Positions 6,696-15,289 of a stretch of DNA of 16,803 nt are shown here, piece after piece (positions within the stretch are counted from its first letter, which is position 1; each line of letters begins with the position of its first letter). Made by a program: the position numbers and the translations under genes. Source of the stretch: Candidatus Methylomirabilota bacterium (GTDB taxonomy: Bacteria; Methylomirabilota; Methylomirabilia; Rokubacteriales; CSP1-6). Under the pieces are notes generated by a model, which was not told the origin of the DNA, did no database searches, and saw only the letters and a program-made list of their open reading frames with translations. The stretch spans positions 1 through 16,803 of the forward strand of contig JBKPAK010000295.1 in the NCBI GenBank assembly GCA_046726415.1. The letters are read 5' to 3'.

Positions 6696-8759
6696 GTGCT
6701 CCGCTCGCCTGGCGTGCAGATCGGCGTGGACATCGGCGGCACCTTCACCGACATCGTGGCCCTCACCTCCGATGGCCGGCTGGTGCTCACCAAGGTGCCG
6801 AGCACCCCCAAGGACCTTCTGCAGAGTACCGCGCACGCCGTGCGCCGCGTGCTCCCCATGGCCGGGGCCGCCCCCGTAGACATCGCCCGCTTCATCCACG
6901 GCACCACCGTCGCCACCAACGCCATCCTGGAGCAGAAGGGCGCGGTGACCGCCATCCTGACCACGGAAGGGTTCGAGGACGTCCTCGAGATGGGCCGCCA
7001 GAAGCGCTCGCGCATGTACGACCTCGACATGGACCCCGAGACGCCGGCATTCCTGGCGCCTCGCCGCCGCCGCATTGGCATCCGCGAACGCCTGGACGCG
7101 AGCGGTCAAGTGCTCGTGGCGCTGGACGAGGCGCAGGTGCGGACCGAGGTCGCACGTCTGCGCGCCGAGGGCGCTCAGGCGCTGGCCGTCTGCTACCTCT
7201 TCTCTTTCGTCAACCCGGCCCACGAACAGCGAACGCGCGAGATCTCCCGCGAGGTCGCCCCCGATCTCAGCGTGTCGCTCTCGTCGGAAGTCGATCCCAC
7301 CTTCCGCGAGTACGAGCGACTCTGTGTGACTGCCTTCGACGCCTATCTGGGGCCGGTCGTGAAGCGCTACCTCGCCGGCCTCGCCGAGGCGCTGAGTGGC
7401 CTGGGTGTGCGCGCGGTTCCGCAGATCATGCGCTCGCGCGGCGGAATCGTGTCGGCCGCCATGGCCGCCCAGCAGCCCGTGACGCTCTTCCTGTCGGGGC
7501 CTGCCGGCGGCGTGGTGGGCGCGCGCTTCGCGGCCGAGCGCTCGAACATCGGCGATTTCGTCTCGCTCGACATGGGCGGCACGAGCAACGACGTGGCCGT
7601 GGTCCTCGACGGCGCGCCCCTCATCGCCGCCGAGGGGCGAATCGGAATCTACCCCGTGCGGACGCCGATGGTCGACGTCAGCACCATCGGAGCCGGGGGC
7701 GGCAGCATCGCGTGGATCGACGGCGCCGGTGGCCTGCGCGTGGGGCCGGTCAGCGCTGGCGCCGAGCCAGGCCCCGCGTGCTACAGACGCGGCGGCGATC
7801 AGGTGACGGTGACCGATGCGAGCCTCCTCCTCGGATATCTGAATCCACAGGCATTTGCTGGCGGACTGATGACACTCGACGTCAAGGCCGCCGAAGCGGC
7901 CGTTGGCAAGCTTGCCGTCCGGATCGGCCGCGACGTGACCGCCACTGCGGCGGGGATCCATCGCGTGGTGAACGCGCGGATGGCCGACCAGATTCGCCTG
8001 ATGACCATCAAGCGCGGCTACGACCCGCGGCAATTCACCTTGGTGGTCCTCGGCGGCGCCGGCCCCGTGCATGGCGTGGCGTTGGCCGAGGAGATGGGCA
8101 TCCCCGAGGTACTCGTGCCCGAGGCGCCGGGAGTCCTCGCCGCCTTCGGCCTCCTGGCCGCCGCCATCGAGCACCACCATGCGCGGACCCTCCAGGGCCG
8201 TGTCGACGTCATCGGTCTCGGCGCGGTGAATGCCTGCCTGGCCGCCCTAGACGCCGCGGGGCGCGCGCGCATGCGCCAGGAAGCAGTTCCGGCGGGCGAG
8301 GTGCGCGTGGCCTATGCCGCCGACATGCGCTATGTCGGCCAGGCCTACGAGCTGGAGGTTCCCCTCGCCGCACCAGTGGCGTCCGAGCATCTGGCGGCCA
8401 TCGTCAATGCATTCCACGCCGTGCATGAGCGCGTGTACGGCTATGCTCGCCACGTCCAACCCGTGGAGTTCGTCAACTTCCGCGCGACCCACACCTACCC
8501 ACTTCCACCGCCGGTACTGCAAGGTTCGGCCCGCGCGCGCGGCGCCCTCGCCGATGCGTGCCTCGGCGAGCGCCGCGCCCATTTCACCCCCGCCGGCTTC
8601 GTGCCCACCGCGGTGTACGATCGCGCTCGTCTGCCCGCCGGCGCGCGTCTCACGGGGCCGGCCATCGTGGAGCAGTCCGATACGACCACCGTCATCCCGC
8701 CGGGCTACGCCGCGGGCGTGGAAGCCTCGGGCAATCTGAGAATCCGGAGAGCCTCATGA
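6696..8759 (+). CDS. hyuA: Hydantoinase/oxoprolinase family subunit A (ATP-dependent cyclic amide hydrolase)
   Basis: DIGGTFTD, HGTTVATNA, REYER, SGPAGG, DMGGTS, IGAGGGSIA, SAGAEPGPACY and GPAIVEQ.DTT motifs; GGGAG RBS before GTG. The symbol denotes the family, and the substrate is unknown. Confidence 0.95.
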   Translation: MLRSPGVQIGVDIGGTFTDIVALTSDGRLVLTKVPSTPKDLLQSTAHAVRRVLPMAGAAPVDIARFIHGTTVATNAILEQKGAVTAILTTEGFEDVLEMGRQKRSRMYDLDMDPETPAFLAPRRRRIGIRERLDASGQVLVALDEAQVRTEVARLRAEGAQALAVCYLFSFVNPAHEQRTREISREVAPDLSVSLSSEVDPTFREYERLCVTAFDAYLGPVVKRYLAGLAEALSGLGVRAVPQIMRSRGGIVSAAMAAQQPVTLFLSGPAGGVVGARFAAERSNIGDFVSLDMGGTSNDVAVVLDGAPLIAAEGRIGIYPVRTPMVDVSTIGAGGGSIAWIDGAGGLRVGPVSAGAEPGPACYRRGGDQVTVTDASLLLGYLNPQAFAGGLMTLDVKAAEAAVGKLAVRIGRDVTATAAGIHRVVNARMADQIRLMTIKRGYDPRQFTLVVLGGAGPVHGVALAEEMGIPEVLVPEAPGVLAAFGLLAAAIEHHHARTLQGRVDVIGLGAVNACLAALDAAGRARMRQEAVPAGEVRVAYAADMRYVGQAYELEVPLAAPVASEHLAAIVNAFHAVHERVYGYARHVQPVEFVNFRATHTYPLPPPVLQGSARARGALADACLGERRAHFTPAGFVPTAVYDRARLPAGARLTGPAIVEQSDTTTVIPPGYAAGVEASGNLRIRRAS

Positions 8760-10543
8760 GCCGCGTCGAGATCGACCCCGTCCTTCTCGAGGTCCTGCGC
8801 AACCGCCTAGACGCCATCGCCGACGAGATGGAGCTGACGCTCCTCAAGAGCGCGGCCTCGCCCATCGTGAAGGAAGGGCTCGACGCCTCCGCCGCGCTGT
8901 TCAACGTGGAGGGAGAGACCATCGCGCAGGCCGCGGCCATCCCCATCCATCTGGGCGCTCTCGAATTCGCCGCCAAGCGGCTGGTGCGCGCCTTCCCGCC
9001 CGGTACCATGCAGGAGGGCGACGCGTTTGTCCTCAACGATCCGTACGATGGTGGCACGCACCTGCCCGACATCACCCTGGCCGTGCCGGTCTTCGGGGAT
9101 GGGCGCGTGGTCGCGCTCGCCTGCACGATGTGTCACCACCAGGACGTGGGTGGCCGCACCCCGGGCAGCGTGCCCACCGACGCCACCGAGCTGTATCAGG
9201 AAGGCGTCATCATTCCTCCCACCCAGCTCTTCCGCGCGGGAACTCTCGACGAGAACCTCCTCGGCCTGCTCCGGCGCAACGTGCGGCTCCCCGAGACATT
9301 CACCGGCGACCTCATGGCCCAGGTCGCGGCCGGTCGACTGGGCGGCACGCGGATGCGAGAGCTGTTCGGGCGCCACGGGACGGCCGGGGTGCTGGCCTAC
9401 ATCGACGCGTTGCTCACGCGCGCCGAGACGCTCACCCGCCGCGAGATCGAGGCGATTCCCGACGGCACCTACACCTTCGCCGACTGGCTCGACAGCGATG
9501 GTGTCGATGACCAGCCCGTGAAGATCCACGTCGCGGTGACCGTCCGGGGGTCGATCATGACGTTCGACTTCACCGGTACCAGCCGTCAGGTGCGAGGCCC
9601 CTTCAACTCCGTGCCTGCCTCCACGCTCTCCGCGGTGTACTACGCCATCCGCGCGGTGTCCGATCCGACGATCCCGAACAACGGTGGCTGCTTCAGGGCC
9701 GTCGACGCCGTCCTTCCCGAGGGCAGCCTCGTCAATCCGCGGCCCCCCGCGCCGGTGAGCTGCCGCACGGCGACCATCAAGCGCATCGCCGACACCATCC
9801 TTGGCGCCCTGGTGAAGGCACTGCCCCGGCGCATGCCGGCCGCGAACTCTGGCACGCTCCTCGTCATGGCCTTCGGGGGCACCGATCCGGCGACGGGGCG
9901 GCCGTTCGTGGCCAGCGAACTGGCCGCCGGCGGCATGGGGGCGAGGCCCAGTAAGGATGGGATCGACGTCATCGAGACCGACGTCTCGAACTGCATGAAC
10001 ATCCCCGTGGAGTCCGTGGAGATGGGCTTTCCGCTCCGCATTCGACGGGCGCGCTTCGACACCGACTCCGCTGGGGCCGGGCAATTCCGTGGGGGGCTGG
10101 GGCTGGAGAAAGTGTTCGAGGCGACGACGACCGACGTCACTGTCTCGCACCGCGGTGAGCGCTTCGCCTCCTCACCGTGGGGTCTCTACGGCGGCCGTCC
10201 TGCCGCCCGAGCTCGCGCCTGCGTCATCCGCGCCGACGGACGCCGCGAAGACGTGCCGTCGAAGAAGATGCTGACCCTTCACCCGGGAGACCAGCTCTGG
10301 GAATACGTGGCGGGTGGGGCCGGGTACGGCGATCCGCTTGAGCGCGACCCGGATCGCGTCCGCGCCGATGTGCTGGACGGGAAGATCTCGCGAGAGGCGG
10401 CGCGCGCCGACTACGGCGTGGTGTTGCTTCTCGACGGCGGCGTGGATCACGATGCAACCAAGGCGTGTCGCGATGCGCTGCGGGCGGCGCGCGGGCCCAT
10501 CGACTGGACCTTCGATCGGGGCGAGGCCGGCCGCGAGTCCTGA
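8756..10543 (+). CDS. hyuB: Hydantoinase B/oxoprolinase family subunit B
   Basis: ATG 8756 overlaps the hyuA stop (ATGA). Motifs: IDPVLLEVLRNRL, NDPYDGGTHLPD, HHQDVGG, YQEG, GAGQFRGGLG and GGAGYGDPLERDP. Confidence 0.95.
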   Translation: MSRVEIDPVLLEVLRNRLDAIADEMELTLLKSAASPIVKEGLDASAALFNVEGETIAQAAAIPIHLGALEFAAKRLVRAFPPGTMQEGDAFVLNDPYDGGTHLPDITLAVPVFGDGRVVALACTMCHHQDVGGRTPGSVPTDATELYQEGVIIPPTQLFRAGTLDENLLGLLRRNVRLPETFTGDLMAQVAAGRLGGTRMRELFGRHGTAGVLAYIDALLTRAETLTRREIEAIPDGTYTFADWLDSDGVDDQPVKIHVAVTVRGSIMTFDFTGTSRQVRGPFNSVPASTLSAVYYAIRAVSDPTIPNNGGCFRAVDAVLPEGSLVNPRPPAPVSCRTATIKRIADTILGALVKALPRRMPAANSGTLLVMAFGGTDPATGRPFVASELAAGGMGARPSKDGIDVIETDVSNCMNIPVESVEMGFPLRIRRARFDTDSAGAGQFRGGLGLEKVFEATTTDVTVSHRGERFASSPWGLYGGRPAARARACVIRADGRREDVPSKKMLTLHPGDQLWEYVAGGAGYGDPLERDPDRVRADVLDGKISREAARADYGVVLLLDGGVDHDATKACRDALRAARGPIDWTFDRGEAGRES

Positions 10544-10548
10544 TTGAA

Positions 10549-10581
10549 ATCGGGGGGGAGCGCACCGCCGCTCCCCCCGAT
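10549..10581. repeat. G/C-tract hairpin (REP-like or terminator-like) directly after hyuB
   Basis: ATCGGGGGGGAGCG (10549-10562) pairs with CGCTCCCCCCGAT (10569-10581) with one bulged G and a 6-nt loop. A weaker second hairpin lies at about 10607-10630. No U-tract. Confidence 0.65.
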
Positions 10582-10723
10582 GCCCCCCAGCGGATTCGGA
10601 CGGGAGGAGTGCGCGGGCTACCCCGCGCTCGAAGCGGTTAACATGCCTCGCTGACCGGCTCTGAGTCACCGCATGCGGCGTACCCCGCCGTGAACCCTGA
10701 GCGGCCAGAACAGGAGTGAGATC

Positions 10724-12403
10724 GTGCCCAAGATGACCGGCAAACGCGCCCTCATGGAGCAGCTGGTGGCCGACGACGTGCGCTATGTCTTCGGCAATCC
10801 CGGCACCACCGAACAGGGCTTCCTCGACATCCTGCAGGAGTACCCGAAGATCCAGTTCATACTCGCCCTGCACGAAGGCGTGGCAGTGGGCATGGCCGAC
10901 GCGTACGCCCGCGCGGTGCGCCGCCCGGCGTTCGTGGAAGTCCACACCGGGCCCGGCCTCGGCAACGCGCTCGGAATGATCTACAACGCGGCGATGGGCA
11001 AGACGCCGATGGTGGTCTACGCCGGACACTCGCCCAGCCGCAGCGTGCTGCAGGAGCCGCTCCTGAGCGGGCCGCTCGTCGACATGGCGCGGCCCCTGTG
11101 CAAATGGGCGGCGGAGATCCACCACGCGCACGACGTGCCGCGCGCGGTGCGCCGGGCGTTCAAGACGGCCATGGAACCTCCGTGTGGTCCTGTCTTCCTG
11201 TCGCTCCCCTTGGATATGCTCGACGACGAGGCCGAGGTCGAGATCGTCCCGACGACGTACACAAACTGGCGCGGTCGCGTCGACTCGGCCGCGATGGAAG
11301 AGGCCGCGCGCCTGCTCCTCGCTGCCGAACGGCCAATGGTCATGGTTGGCGACAACGTCTCGGTGGCGGACGCACAGGGGGAAGCGGCGGCGGTGGCGGA
11401 GGCGCTGGGCGCGCCGATCTTCGAGTGCTACGCCTCGGAGTTCAACGTCTCCTCGCGGCATCCCCTGTACGTGGGGAGCATCAATTTCGTGTCCCCGGGG
11501 CCAGTGCGGGCGATGCTCGAGCCCTGCGACGTGCTGCTGGTGGTCGGGGCGCCCCTCTTCCGGCTCATCTTCCCCGAGCCCGACGCCACGCCACTGCGCA
11601 CCGGCACCAAGGTCATCCAGATCGATCTGGACGCCTGGGAACTGGGCAAGAACCTCACGCCGACGATGGCGTTGCTCGCCGATCCGAAGGCCGCCCTCGG
11701 CGAGCTGGCCGAGCAGATTCACCGCGTGCGGACGCCAGCGCAGGGGAGGGTAGCCGATGAGCGCCGCACGCACATCGGCGAACGCATCAACGCCCAGCGC
11801 GGCCGGTACTGGGAGGAGGCCAAGACGAGCTGGGATGCCGTGCCCATCAGTGCGCCCCGCCTCATGCACGAGATCCGTCACTCCCTCCCCGACGACGCCA
11901 TGATCTATGCAGAGGCCATCACCAACTCGCAGCATCTGGCCGCGGCCATCGCGCCGACCGCACCGGGGCGGATGATGCGCGCCCGCGGCGGCGGCATCGG
12001 TCCGGGTCTACCGGGCACCTTGGGTGCCCAGCTCGCGCGGCCCAGCCAGAAGGTGGTGGGCGTATGCTCGGACGGCGCGGCGATGTACTCCATCACGGCG
12101 CTGTGGACGGCGGCGCACCACCGAATCCCCGCCACCTTCGTCATGCTCAACAACGCGGCCTACCGCATCCTCAAGCTCAACATGCTCGACTACCTGGGCC
12201 CAGCGGCGGCGGGACGCCAGTTCATCGCCATGGACCTCAACGATCCCGAGCTGCGCTTCGACCGCCTAGCCGAGGCGATGGGCGTGCCCGGGCGCCGAGT
12301 GCAACGCCCCGGTGACCTCGCGCCGGCGCTCCGCGAGGCCCTCGCCCACGATGGGCCGTCACTCGTGGACGTGGTCATGGAGAGTCCCCTGCCGGGACGG
12401 TGA
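10724..12403 (+). CDS. Thiamine diphosphate-dependent enzyme, benzoylformate decarboxylase (MdlC)-like
   Basis: AGGAG RBS then GTG. FGNPGTTE, LHEGVAVGMADAYAR (catalytic Glu), VHTGPGLGNA, and the ThDP motif SDGAAMYSITALWTAA...LNNAAY.ILK. Confidence 0.9.
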   Translation: MPKMTGKRALMEQLVADDVRYVFGNPGTTEQGFLDILQEYPKIQFILALHEGVAVGMADAYARAVRRPAFVEVHTGPGLGNALGMIYNAAMGKTPMVVYAGHSPSRSVLQEPLLSGPLVDMARPLCKWAAEIHHAHDVPRAVRRAFKTAMEPPCGPVFLSLPLDMLDDEAEVEIVPTTYTNWRGRVDSAAMEEAARLLLAAERPMVMVGDNVSVADAQGEAAAVAEALGAPIFECYASEFNVSSRHPLYVGSINFVSPGPVRAMLEPCDVLLVVGAPLFRLIFPEPDATPLRTGTKVIQIDLDAWELGKNLTPTMALLADPKAALGELAEQIHRVRTPAQGRVADERRTHIGERINAQRGRYWEEAKTSWDAVPISAPRLMHEIRHSLPDDAMIYAEAITNSQHLAAAIAPTAPGRMMRARGGGIGPGLPGTLGAQLARPSQKVVGVCSDGAAMYSITALWTAAHHRIPATFVMLNNAAYRILKLNMLDYLGPAAAGRQFIAMDLNDPELRFDRLAEAMGVPGRRVQRPGDLAPALREALAHDGPSLVDVVMESPLPGR

Positions 12404-12439
12404 TCGCTGAGAGATTCGGGGGCCCGCCTCAGATTCCGC

Positions 12440-12468
12440 TTGCCCTGAGCCGAACTGAGTGCTACTCC
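12440..12468 (+). promoter_or_regulatory. Possible sigma70 promoter for the solute-binding protein pair
   Basis: TTGCCC (12440-12445), 17 nt ending in TGC, then TACTCC (12463-12468). It has an extended -10 TG, but the conserved final T of the -10 is missing. Confidence 0.3.
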
Positions 12469-12535
12469 ACGGGTGCGCTCGCGACTCGGCTCGCGCCGGT
12501 GGATCGCCCACCACACGACGAAGGAGGACTCAACG

Positions 12536-13867
12536 ATGAGCATTTCCCTGAATCGGCGTCGCTTTCTCGCGATCTCCAGCGCGGGGGCGGCCGTCGCATC
12601 TACCGGCATCGAGGGTGTGATCGCGGCCCAGCAGGCCCCCGCCTTCGCTCAAGGCACCAAACTTCACATCGTCCGCTGGGTGGATTTCATCCCCGAGGCC
12701 GACGTGGAGCTGAAGCGCCAGGCCCCCGAGGCGAGCAAGGCTCTCGGCGCCGAGGTGACGTTCGAGTTCATCAACGCCAACGACCTGCAGCCCCGCATCA
12801 CCGCCGCCATCCAGTCGGGCAGCGGGGCCGACATCTTCCAGATGCTCTGGAACTGGCCACACCTCTACGCCAACGGTCTCATCGACGTGTCCGACATCGC
12901 GGAGCCCATCGGCAAGAGCCAGGGCGGCTTCTATGACGCCTTCCCCGCCGCGTGCAAGGTTGGTGGCCGCTGGCTGGCCGTCCCGCATGCAACAGGAGGC
13001 AATGCCGTGGCCTACCGCAAGTCGTGGCACGCGGAGATCGGACTCACGGAGTTCCCGAAGACGTGGGACGCCTGGCGCGAGGCCGGCAAGAAACTGAAGG
13101 CCAAGGGCAAGCCGATCGGGCAGGCGCTCGGCCACAGCTTCGGCGATCCACCGGGCTTTTCCTACCCGCTTCTCTGGAGCTTCGGTGGCGCCGAGACCGA
13201 TGCCAGCGGCAAAAAGGTCGTCCTCAACTCCAAGGGCACGGTGGAGTCCGTGAAGTTCATGCAGGCCTTCTGGAAGGACTCGTGCGACGAGGGCGGGCTG
13301 GCCTGGGACGATACGAACAACAACCGCGCGTTCCACGCCGGTGAGATCTCGGCCACCCTGAACGGGGCGTCGATCTACATCGTGGCCAAGCGGCAGCAGG
13401 ACAAGATCAAGGACGAGAAGGGCGAGCCCCTGTGGCGCGACATCGACCATGCCGCCCCGCTCCCGGCTGGGCCCGCCGGCGCCGCCGCGCTCTATGCCAC
13501 TTTCGAGCACGCCATCATGAAGTATTCGAAAAACCAGAAGGTGGCCAAGGATTTCCTGACGTGGCTGGCCAAGCCAGAGAACTACGGCAAATGGTTCGAA
13601 GTCAACGAAGGCTACACGGTGGGCGCCGCCAAGATGTGGGAGGAGAATCCGATGTGGGGGCGGATCGACAAGCCGCTCCAGATCTTCCGCCGCGCCGCGC
13701 GCCACACGCGGACCCTCGGGTACCAGGGGCCGCCGACGGCCAAGGCCACCGAATCGTACTCCAAGTACATCATCGTCGACATGTACGCCAAGGCCTGCCA
13801 GGGCACGAAGGCCGAGGAGGCCGTGAGGTGGGCGGAGAGCGAACTCAAGAAGATTTACGAGGGATAG
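12536..13867 (+). CDS. Extracellular solute-binding protein (family 1, carbohydrate-type ABC), Tat-exported
   Basis: AAGGAGG RBS (12521-12527) before ATG 12536. NRRRFL Tat motif, AAIQSGSGADI, PKTWD, and DEGGLAWDDTNNNRAF. Confidence 0.92.
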   Translation: MSISLNRRRFLAISSAGAAVASTGIEGVIAAQQAPAFAQGTKLHIVRWVDFIPEADVELKRQAPEASKALGAEVTFEFINANDLQPRITAAIQSGSGADIFQMLWNWPHLYANGLIDVSDIAEPIGKSQGGFYDAFPAACKVGGRWLAVPHATGGNAVAYRKSWHAEIGLTEFPKTWDAWREAGKKLKAKGKPIGQALGHSFGDPPGFSYPLLWSFGGAETDASGKKVVLNSKGTVESVKFMQAFWKDSCDEGGLAWDDTNNNRAFHAGEISATLNGASIYIVAKRQQDKIKDEKGEPLWRDIDHAAPLPAGPAGAAALYATFEHAIMKYSKNQKVAKDFLTWLAKPENYGKWFEVNEGYTVGAAKMWEENPMWGRIDKPLQIFRRAARHTRTLGYQGPPTAKATESYSKYIIVDMYAKACQGTKAEEAVRWAESELKKIYEG

Positions 13868-13912
13868 TGCGCCGCGATCTGAAACCCATCGCCGTCAAGG
13901 GAGGAGGCATCG

Positions 13913-15205
13913 ATGACCGCTCGGTTCGATCGCCGGGATTTCCTCAGGGGTTCGACGGCCACCGCGGCCACCGCGGGCCTGGAGGGGATCCTGTCCGCCG
14001 GACGCGCGCCCGGGCACGCCCAAGGCACGCGCCTGCATCTGCTCGAGTGGTCGCACTTCATCCCGGCCGCCGACACGCTCTTCGACGCCCAGGCGAAGGA
14101 GTTCGGCAAGCAGGCGGGGGTCGAGATCGCCATCGAGCGGATTAATCAGAACGACATCCAGGCCCGGACGACGGCGGCCATCCAGAGCGGGTCGGGCCCC
14201 GACATCATCGTCATCAACAACAACTATCCGCTGCTGTACGAGGGGGCCCTGGCCGACGTCAGCGACGTGGCCGACGAGTTGGGCGGCAAGCAAGGCGGGT
14301 GGTACGACTACGCCAAGGTCAACTGCGTCGCCGGCAACCGCTGGGTGGCCGTGCCCTACTTCATCATTTCCTGGGCCGTCACCTACCGCGAAGACTGGCT
14401 CAAGGAGGCGGGGTTCGAGTATCCAAAGACGTGGGACGATTTCCGCAAGGCCGGCCGCGCCCTGAAGGCCAAAGGCAAGCCCTTCGGGCAGGCCTTCGGC
14501 CACAGCATCAACGATCCCAACGCCTGGTGCTATCCCATCGTCTGGATGTGGGGTGGCATGGAGGTCGAGAAGGACGGCCGCCGCGTTGTCCTCAACAGCA
14601 AGGCCACCCTCGAGGCGCTGAAGTTCACCTTGGTGTTGTGGAAGGAGTGCTTCGACGAGGGCGGCCTGGCCTGGGACGACTCCAACAACAACCGCGCGTT
14701 CCTCTCCCAGGAGATCTCGCTCACCGGCAACGCGCCGAGCATTTACGTGGCTGCCCGCCAGAAGTTCCCCGACGTGTACAAGGGCACCAATCACGGCCAC
14801 TATCCGCCCGGACCGGCCGGCCGCTTCTACTGGCTGCCCGTCTACAACAGCTGCGTGATGAAGTACTCGAAGAATCAGAAGGTGGCCAAGGACTTCATCC
14901 GCTACTACATGGACCGGCCGCAGTACGACCGCTACTTCGAGGTCATGGATACCTTCGGGATCCCCGGCACCAAGGTCTACCGGGACGCTCCGCTGTGGCG
15001 GAAGGATCCCAAGACCGCGGTGTTCCCCGAGACGTTGCAGTACGCGCGGCAGGTCGGCTACGCCGGTCCGCCCGGCCGCAAGGCCACGGAGGCCCTCAGC
15101 AAGTTCATCCTGGTGGACATGTTCGCCAAGAGCATCCAGGGAATGCCGCCCGAGGACGCCGTGAAGTGGGCGGACGGAGAACTGCGGCGGATCTACGGCG
15201 CCTGA
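13913..15205 (+). CDS. Extracellular solute-binding protein (family 1), Tat-exported; paralog of the upstream gene
   Basis: GGAGGAGG RBS, DRRDFL Tat motif, AAIQSGSGPDI, PKTWD, DEGGLAWDDSNNNRAF, and MKYSKNQKVAKDF (identical in both paralogs). Confidence 0.92.
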   Translation: MTARFDRRDFLRGSTATAATAGLEGILSAGRAPGHAQGTRLHLLEWSHFIPAADTLFDAQAKEFGKQAGVEIAIERINQNDIQARTTAAIQSGSGPDIIVINNNYPLLYEGALADVSDVADELGGKQGGWYDYAKVNCVAGNRWVAVPYFIISWAVTYREDWLKEAGFEYPKTWDDFRKAGRALKAKGKPFGQAFGHSINDPNAWCYPIVWMWGGMEVEKDGRRVVLNSKATLEALKFTLVLWKECFDEGGLAWDDSNNNRAFLSQEISLTGNAPSIYVAARQKFPDVYKGTNHGHYPPGPAGRFYWLPVYNSCVMKYSKNQKVAKDFIRYYMDRPQYDRYFEVMDTFGIPGTKVYRDAPLWRKDPKTAVFPETLQYARQVGYAGPPGRKATEALSKFILVDMFAKSIQGMPPEDAVKWADGELRRIYGA

Positions 15206-15289
15206 CGTTCGCCAATCTCATCGATCTCGGCGAAGGCGCGCAGCCGGCCGCGCACGGCTGAGCGCTGTCGCTGCCGGGCGGCCAGCGCC

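Noticed and set aside
6584..8428. 614-aa alternative-frame + strand ORF overlapping hyuA (similarly 14299-15261 and 11098-11760)
   Set aside because: Arg/Pro/Gly-rich off-frame translation with no family motifs, overlapping a clear gene.
6234..11935. Long minus-strand ORFs (6234-8180, 8807-10150, 10172-11935; likewise 3043-4137, 4449-5576, 5569-6399, 12530-13705, 13895-14800)
   Set aside because: They are antisense shadows of well-supported + strand genes, expected in high-GC coding DNA, and have no recognisable motifs.
15208..15234. TTCGCC...GGCGAA as an intrinsic terminator after the second binding protein
   Set aside because: 6-bp stem with a 15-nt loop and no U-tract; too weak to call.
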